Assembly (NCBI RefSeq): GCF_009914755.1
Contig: NC_060933.1
From: the human T2T-CHM13v2.0 reference genome, Homo sapiens
Direction: 5' to 3' (one strand)
DNA length: 64,000 nucleotides
Position 1 is the first letter of the stretch. The number at the start of each line of letters is the position of its first letter. This document shows, in pieces, positions 57,755 through 64,000 of this stretch. The notes below the pieces were generated by a model, which searched no databases, was not told where the DNA came from, and saw nothing but the letters and a program-made list of their open reading frames with translations. Position numbers and translations under genes: made by a program.

Positions 57755-58161
57755 TGTGTTTGTATACTTTGCTTAAAATACAAGCTTTTATTCTCTACTG
57801 GGTCATCTCTTCAGAGTCCCTCCCAGTGGCAAGAGTTCCCCCTATAGCCACTAATCTCAGGCTTGGCCATATGACTTGCTTGGACAAGTGAATATGAGCA
57901 AAAGTGACAAAAACCATGTCCAAAGAGAATATTTAAGATCCAATCCACGAATTTTTCCATTGTTCTTTTCCCCCTGCTATGAGAAGAGCATGTTGCAGAA
58001 AGGGTCAGCTCCTTCAGCCTAGATCTCAGAGTAAGGTGCCTTGTGGGAAGTGCCAGGACCAAACCATAGACCTACAACTGATATTTATTATGAGCCTGTG
58101 CTGTTAGCAACTGAAATTTGGAGTTGTTTGTTACCACAGTGTAATCTGCCAAAACTAATAC
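57755..58161 (+). mobile_element. MLT1-type solo LTR nested in a MIR (~57700-58300)
   Basis: TG...taataca ends; ggcttggccatatgacttgcttgg; gagttgtttgttaccacag. The MIR reads through as tgggcaa|caagttac. Confidence 0.7.
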
Positions 58162-59109
58162 AACAAGTTACATAAATCTCTCTATGTCTCAGATTCTTCA
58201 TCTGTAAAATCAAAGTAAGGTTATTGTGAAGAGAAAATAGGATGATATTTGGATATTTAGTGTTTTCTTAGTAGCATCTAGCAATTAGTGATCATTATTA
58301 TTATTCTAGGTGCCCAGGATGAAAATCTGTGAAACAAAGCATCAGGAATCCAGAAGAAAGACTGAGCAGCAATTGATAAAAAACATAAGGCTAAGGGTCT
58401 ATACAACTAGATATTGGAATTTAGCTAGAGGCATGAGTAACAGATTCTAGGGGGTGAGGTAGAGGGAGACAGGAGCAGCACGTATGACATTTGGTCATGG
58501 CTGACACTTTCTGTGGCACATGTTTTATAAAGGCTTCCAATGGAGACCAATTTCACCTGAGTGCATAGTCAGATCCAAGCTGCAGTGGGGACAAATAAAT
58601 AGATGGGATATTAGGAGCCGCTTTACATAAAGCACATTGTTCTAAAATAAACTTTCTTGTTTGCTCCTAAACAGATTTTTTACCCCACTGTTAGGTTATG
58701 TGAACACATTATGGAAATGTCTAAAATTTACAATGACAAAATTCTTTCCTTTTGGCTTGAAGTCTACAGTTTCTATGAAAGCTATATCATTTATGTGTCT
58801 AAAATGTTTTATACAGAGAATGAGCCCTAAACAAATTTTAAATCTGTTAAGACTGAAACATAGTCTTACAAAGATAGAGTTGGTTTTGACAAGCGGTGAA
58901 AAAGTATGTTGCTGCTGATGCTGCATTAGCCACATGAGTTTCTTCCCATAGATTGTTCAGAGGGGGAAACTGGTCAATCACTTGTCCTTAATATAGGACA
59001 TCAAGGGAAGTTCAACTGGGCCTAACTTGTTACATCAAGTAGCTATCTGTATCCCTACTATTAGAATGGCTTGTGGAGCCAGAGAGCCAATGCCAGGAGT
59101 CCAAACCAA

Positions 59110-59580
59110 CCATTCATACAGTATGTATCAATATTGACATCACATTAGAATCACCTAGGGCAATTAAAACTTAGACACTACTTCTAATTAAAACAAAACA
59201 AAACAAAACAAAAACATCTGGAGGTGGAGACCAGCAATCACAATTAAAAAACAAATAAAACTCACCACGTGATTCTAGCATGCAGCCAGGTTGAGGACCA
59301 TTGAGTAAGAAGTGGATAAGTCCAAGGGTAAGGAGGGGCCTGCAGAGAGGGGTAGCTGACAAACCAGGATGAACAGAGAAGTGGAGACGGAGAATGCTGA
59401 CCAGCGCCTGTCAGAGTTCAACATGCATAAAAATCACCAAGGGAGTGGGAGAGGTCTTGTCAAAATGCAGATTCTGATTCAGTAGGACTGAAGGAGACAC
59501 TAAGAATCTGCATTTCTAACAAACTCCCACGTAATGCAATGCTTCCAGCCCCTGGACCACACTATGAGTGGCAAGAAACT
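59110..59580. mobile_element. Two MER5A-like elements (~59110-59302 and ~59405-59575)
   Basis: cacattagaatcaccta...ggttgaggacca; aaaatgcagattctgattcagtagg...aatctgcatttctaacaaactccc...ggaccacact. Confidence 0.65.
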
Positions 59581-60249
59581 AGAGTAGAAAAGTATGAGTG
59601 GTTCTAAGTAAATCCTGGACTACTAATGCCTGAGTGACTACTTTGAGTTTGTATGGGCAAGCTAGAGTTACTTAAAAAGACCAGAGCAGAATTGGATAAA
59701 ATAATGATGGCAGGTGCCAATAGAAAGACTATAGTGATTCCTCATGTATGACTGCTGCCATAGCTTGAATTTATTCTAGGAGTCTTGTCAGAAGATGAAG
59801 AACTGGAGTTGAGTTGCCTTGTATTAGATGACACACATGGGGCTAGAAATTAAATGTAGAGATATGAGCCTTCTGAAGTAGTAAAAGATAGGTGCTTGAT
59901 AAAGACCTTTCTCTCTAAGATAGAGCAAAAGTCTATGCAGGATAGTAGCACTGATAGATGACAATGGCACAAACCAAGTCAGAAAGCAAAATTAAATGCT
60001 TTTAAATGGTATTTCCAAAATCCCTGATGTTCCCCAAATCATTTTATTCAGCATTCAGACATGATAGTAAAGTACATTGAACCACATAGTGATAATATTT
60101 CCTTTTTACCTTTCTTTCAATCCTTCTGGTTAACTTCAAGGGGGAAAAAAAGTTAGTTATGGATTGTACGTCTTTAGCACCTCCAGCACCTCAATTACCC
60201 ACTTTAACAACAACAAAAAGAACAGTTCTCAAGCTCAAAACTCCAGCAG

Positions 60250-60486
60250 GCAAATGTTTTGGTTATTTTTATTACAATTATATGTGTTAATACTTTCTAC
60301 TTCCAGCAAGTGATACTTTTTTTTCATTTCTGTGAGTAATATATACTTTTCCTTCAATGTAAATTTAAGTAAACAAAGTTAATTTCCTTAAGTAAAATAT
60401 TAGTAAGTGATGCTACAAAATCTTATGCAGATATGACAAAAATCATAAAGGTAGTATCTGAATTGCTGAAGTTTGAAAAATCTGGC
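60250..60486. mobile_element. hAT-Charlie (MER113-like) fragment
   Basis: Terminal ggtagtatctgaattgctgaagtttgaaaaatctgg. Confidence 0.4.
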
Positions 60487-61479
60487 TTGGAACAAACAAG
60501 AAACTAAATTAAAATCTGTGCTGTGTACAAGCATAGGCCCTCACAAAATATTTGCGTTGATTTATTTTGCAAAAACTGCACATAACATAGGCTTCTAAAG
60601 GCAAACCAAATTTAATCAACAAATATTTACTGAAACAAAAGAGCAATTTTTAAAATTCAAAATGTTTTACTGATTTTATGTATTTTGTTCTTCATGTAAA
60701 CAATTGTGTGTGTTCACTTGAATACATCAAATAATTTACTAATGAAGAGATTCAGCAAATATAAGAAGTGTTTTCCAATGTGTTTCTTTTATTTTGAGGT
60801 GCTGTGTACATTTAAATAAAAAGTGTCAACTTACTTTTCTTTACTATGTTATTCAAAATAGGGGTTTCTTTCTCTTAATTCTTTGGCATCTCATCATCAA
60901 GCATAGCCACATCATAGCTACTTTTCTGATAAATATGATATATGCCTTTACCTAGTGACTTAGCAAGCCAACTACAATATTTGGTTTTCGGAACTAGCCT
61001 TGTTATGATAAAAGTTAATGCAAAAACAAATAAGTTCCAGGTATTTGGGATAGAATATTCCATAAGAAATGATTTTCTGCTCCTATATACATTCAATCAC
61101 TGGACTTTTTTTTTTTAACTTTTTGTTCCTATTGTCACACATACTGTACCAAAAAATCCACATAATTGTACAGTTTCTTCAACTCCCCAGTCTTTACCTG
61201 CGAAGATTTGTTTTATATCAGCAGGATTCTACCTGGAGTACTTTTAACACATGAATCTTCCAGGCCCCACCTCCATCGGCTTGTTTGATGGTAATGGAGA
61301 TGTGGATTAGTTAAAAGAACTCTCTCAAGATGGGGACCTATTTTCCTTGGAGATGGGTGGGAACTCAGCACATCTGGACACATCAAGCAGGCTAATGGGG
61401 TAGGCCCACCACATTCATTTGCAGGCATCGATTTGCCTGAGGATGTTGTTGATAGGAAGAGAAAAGAGCTGGAGCCGGA

Positions 61480-61974
61480 GTATGTTATTGCTACCGTAAG
61501 AAATTACACAAACTTGGTGACTTAAAACAAAACAAATTTATCTGATAGTTCTGAAGTCAGTAGTCTGAAATAGGTCTCACATGGGTAAAATCAAGGTATT
61601 GGCTATGCTCTGTTCCCCTAGAAGCTCTAGGAGGGAATTTTTTTCCTTGCCTTTTCCAGTTTCTAGATGCTGCCCTCATTCTTTGGCTCATGGCCCCCTT
61701 GCATCTGCAAAGAGGGCATTTTTTTTTTTCAGTCCAACCTCTGCTTTCATCCTCACATCTCCTTCTCTGACTATGACCCCCCTCTGCCTCCTCTTTCATG
61801 TTTATGGGCCTATCTAGGTAATCCTGGATCATTTCCCCAACTTAAGGTCAGCTGATCAGCAACCTTAATTTCATCTGCAAACTTAAATCCTCCCTGCCAT
61901 GTAACATAACATATTCACAGGTTCTAGGGGTTAGGATATGGAAATCTTTGGGGTCCATTATTTTTCCCACCACA
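61480..61974 (-). mobile_element. MLT1C/D-like MaLR solo LTR
   Basis: aaacttggtgacttaaaacaa, ccttgccttttccagtttctaga, gccatgtaacataacatattcacaggttctaggg, ending cccaccaca. Confidence 0.85.
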
Positions 61975-62906
61975 TAGAGGTAGAGAAAGGAGGGAAGGCA
62001 GCACAGGATTGGTCCTAGAGTTTATTCTTTTCTAAGTTACAATGAATGGCCTCTCATTGGTCAAGAGGGACAATGGGCTGAAAGAGAAGGGAAAGCAGTG
62101 TGCACTCTAAGATGCATGGATACAAAAATAATACTATTTTCATTTCAATTGTGTAGGGACACAAAATGGGGGAAACATGTTGTTTCTGCTTCTGCAAGGA
62201 ACCAGACTGCCATCTCTAATGCATGCATCACAGGTACCCAGTAGGGGCAGTCAAACAGCAAAAGCTACACAATGATGGGCCACGGGAGCAAGGGTAAGAT
62301 ATTAACATTTAACTGGTTTTCAGGAGCATTGTGGGGCTTGGCCATAGACCATACCAGAAAGGACTAAAAAGTAAAGTAAGAGTATGACAGGTAGACCTGC
62401 TGATGGACTAGATTGGTATATGAGACTATTCTGGAACCTTCCAGGAATAATTACAAGACTACTTCAGGGGACTCAAGGACAAACAAACAACAAAACAGAG
62501 TGAAAGCTGTAAAACAGAATTTATTATGCTAATATGGTTCCATTTTTACAGCTTTCTTAAGTCACTTAGAAGATACTTAGGTTATACTCAGGAGGTAGAG
62601 GTTCAAACAAATGACTTGAGAGAAGAAATGCCTTTTTAGTTCACCAAAGTAACGCCAGTCAGTGAATCAAGGGGCCTCCCCTGTTCATCTGCATTCCTGA
62701 TTTTGGCTTAATTACACCCCAAATCTGAATTAACTTGACAATTTAACTCTCACCTCCCCATCCAGATGCTGGATTTACTGCCTTATATCAATCTAATGGG
62801 TTTAAGTTTAGTTGTTTTGTTCAGTTAGGCAGAACTGTTTATGTTTTCAGAAATGAGGTCTTAGACCTATGGTTCTGTGCTTTAGGCATTTCCGGGTGAT
62901 TGGATA

Positions 62907-63320
62907 TTGTGGTGGGTGCTGTGGAGGCCTACCCAGATCACCCCCTTCCTTTGAGACTGAGGCATTCGTTTTAACAGTTTCCAGGTTGCCTGCTGACAGC
63001 TCACAGGGGAATTGCCCTTTGCGGAAAGGAGCTCCCTGAGCAGCCTCACCCAAGGTTATGCTTCCTCTCTGGAAACAGCCCATGTTCAAAGACTGGCCAT
63101 TGTGGAGGCACAAAAGCCTTTCTGCCTTGTCCCAGGAGATCTATGAAGGGCTTCAGAACACTCCTTGGTATTGGTTGAGGTCTCAGTTGTGACTCTATGA
63201 CAGTTCATCTCCCTGTGCCCAATCCTTATTCCCTCACAGGTGTCGTTCCTGAAAGCATGCATTTCCCACATTCAAATCTCCATCAATGAGAGTGTTTCCC
63301 AGGGAACCTGAACTAGGAGA
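62907..63320 (+). mobile_element. LTR16-family 5' LTR
   Basis: tgtggtgggtgctgtgg..cccagatc, gactgaggca, gggaattgccc, cccaaggttatgc, ending cagggaacctgaactagga. Confidence 0.75.
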
Positions 63321-64000
63321 GTTAATGTGAGGATTGGTCTATGGAGGCAGACTCTAAAATGAAACTTGGGAGATGGGTCACTTCCTAGCTATCAATGAGA
63401 ACTCATAGTCATAGGCGGAGTCCTGGAAGCCGTGGCATGCAGTAGTGGTGCAAATATTACAGCTTTCTCTAGTGGTAAACTGAGATGGAGCATGGGTATA
63501 AGGAAATGCACAGTGGACTCAATATCTCAGGCATTTGAGAAGTTCAAAGGCAATAGTAATGAAAAAGGACAATGGAATTGGATGGCTCTTGCTGGGTGCA
63601 ACGTATGCAGTGGAGAAAGACGATGAAAGACTGAGGTGATTAACCACCAATTTAAGGCAAAAGTCTGAAAATTTAGAGGACCTCCAGGGCAACATTTAAA
63701 AACCCTCTCCTGGTGCTGGAGAGTGGAAAAGATAAAGATCGTTCCTAGTATTTATTATAAGAGTAACAGAACTCCAGAGAATTTTGAATTCCAGGACCAG
63801 CAATGTTTCTGGGGAGATCCCATAAAGGTGAGGACCCTGGTAGAAAGAAGTGGAACCCTGAGGCTTTGGATGAGACATTTGGGTCAATGCATTTAAAAAT
63901 CTTGCAAGCCCAGTACCCCTGAACCCCCTAGGCCTGCAAAAGTAGCCTACTCCTCCCTATTAAGGTCTGACATTCCCACTTCAAGACCTGCCTCCACTTT
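63321..64000 (+). mobile_element. ERVL-type internal region (ERV3-16A3-like), degenerate leader/gag, running off the right edge
   Basis: Follows the LTR directly; ggaggcagactctaa leader; aatggaattggatggctcttgctg reads NGIGWLLL, an ERVL gag-like motif. Confidence 0.6.

Overview
This is AT-rich, CpG-depleted primate (most likely human) nuclear DNA, either intergenic or deep intronic. It is not prokaryotic or viral. I cannot support any intact protein-coding gene, RNA gene or CRISPR array. Every recognisable ORF in the track is a disrupted LINE-1 ORF1/ORF2 fragment, an Alu read-through or a microsatellite translation. Roughly half of the window is transposon-derived: Alus, four large L1s (L1MB-like, two L1PB-like, one L1ME-like), ERV/MaLR LTRs, DNA-transposon fossils and MIR/L2 fragments, often nested. 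Subfamily names come from recalled consensus sequences and need RepeatMasker/Dfam confirmation. I found no evidence of a new biological system. The most interesting unexplained structures are: (1) a ~260-bp element I cannot assign to a known repeat, present in two ~84%-identical copies, one split by a full-length L1PB; (2) a 3x35-bp tandem array in an L1 5'UTR that triplicates a pyrimidine-AG|GTAAG splice module; (3) a 207-bp non-tandem local duplication; (4) a tail-to-tail inverted Alu pair ~115 bp apart; (5) an L1 missing its 3' half with no TSD; (6) a repeat-free segment with CTCF and AP-1 motifs and a candidate non-coding exon.
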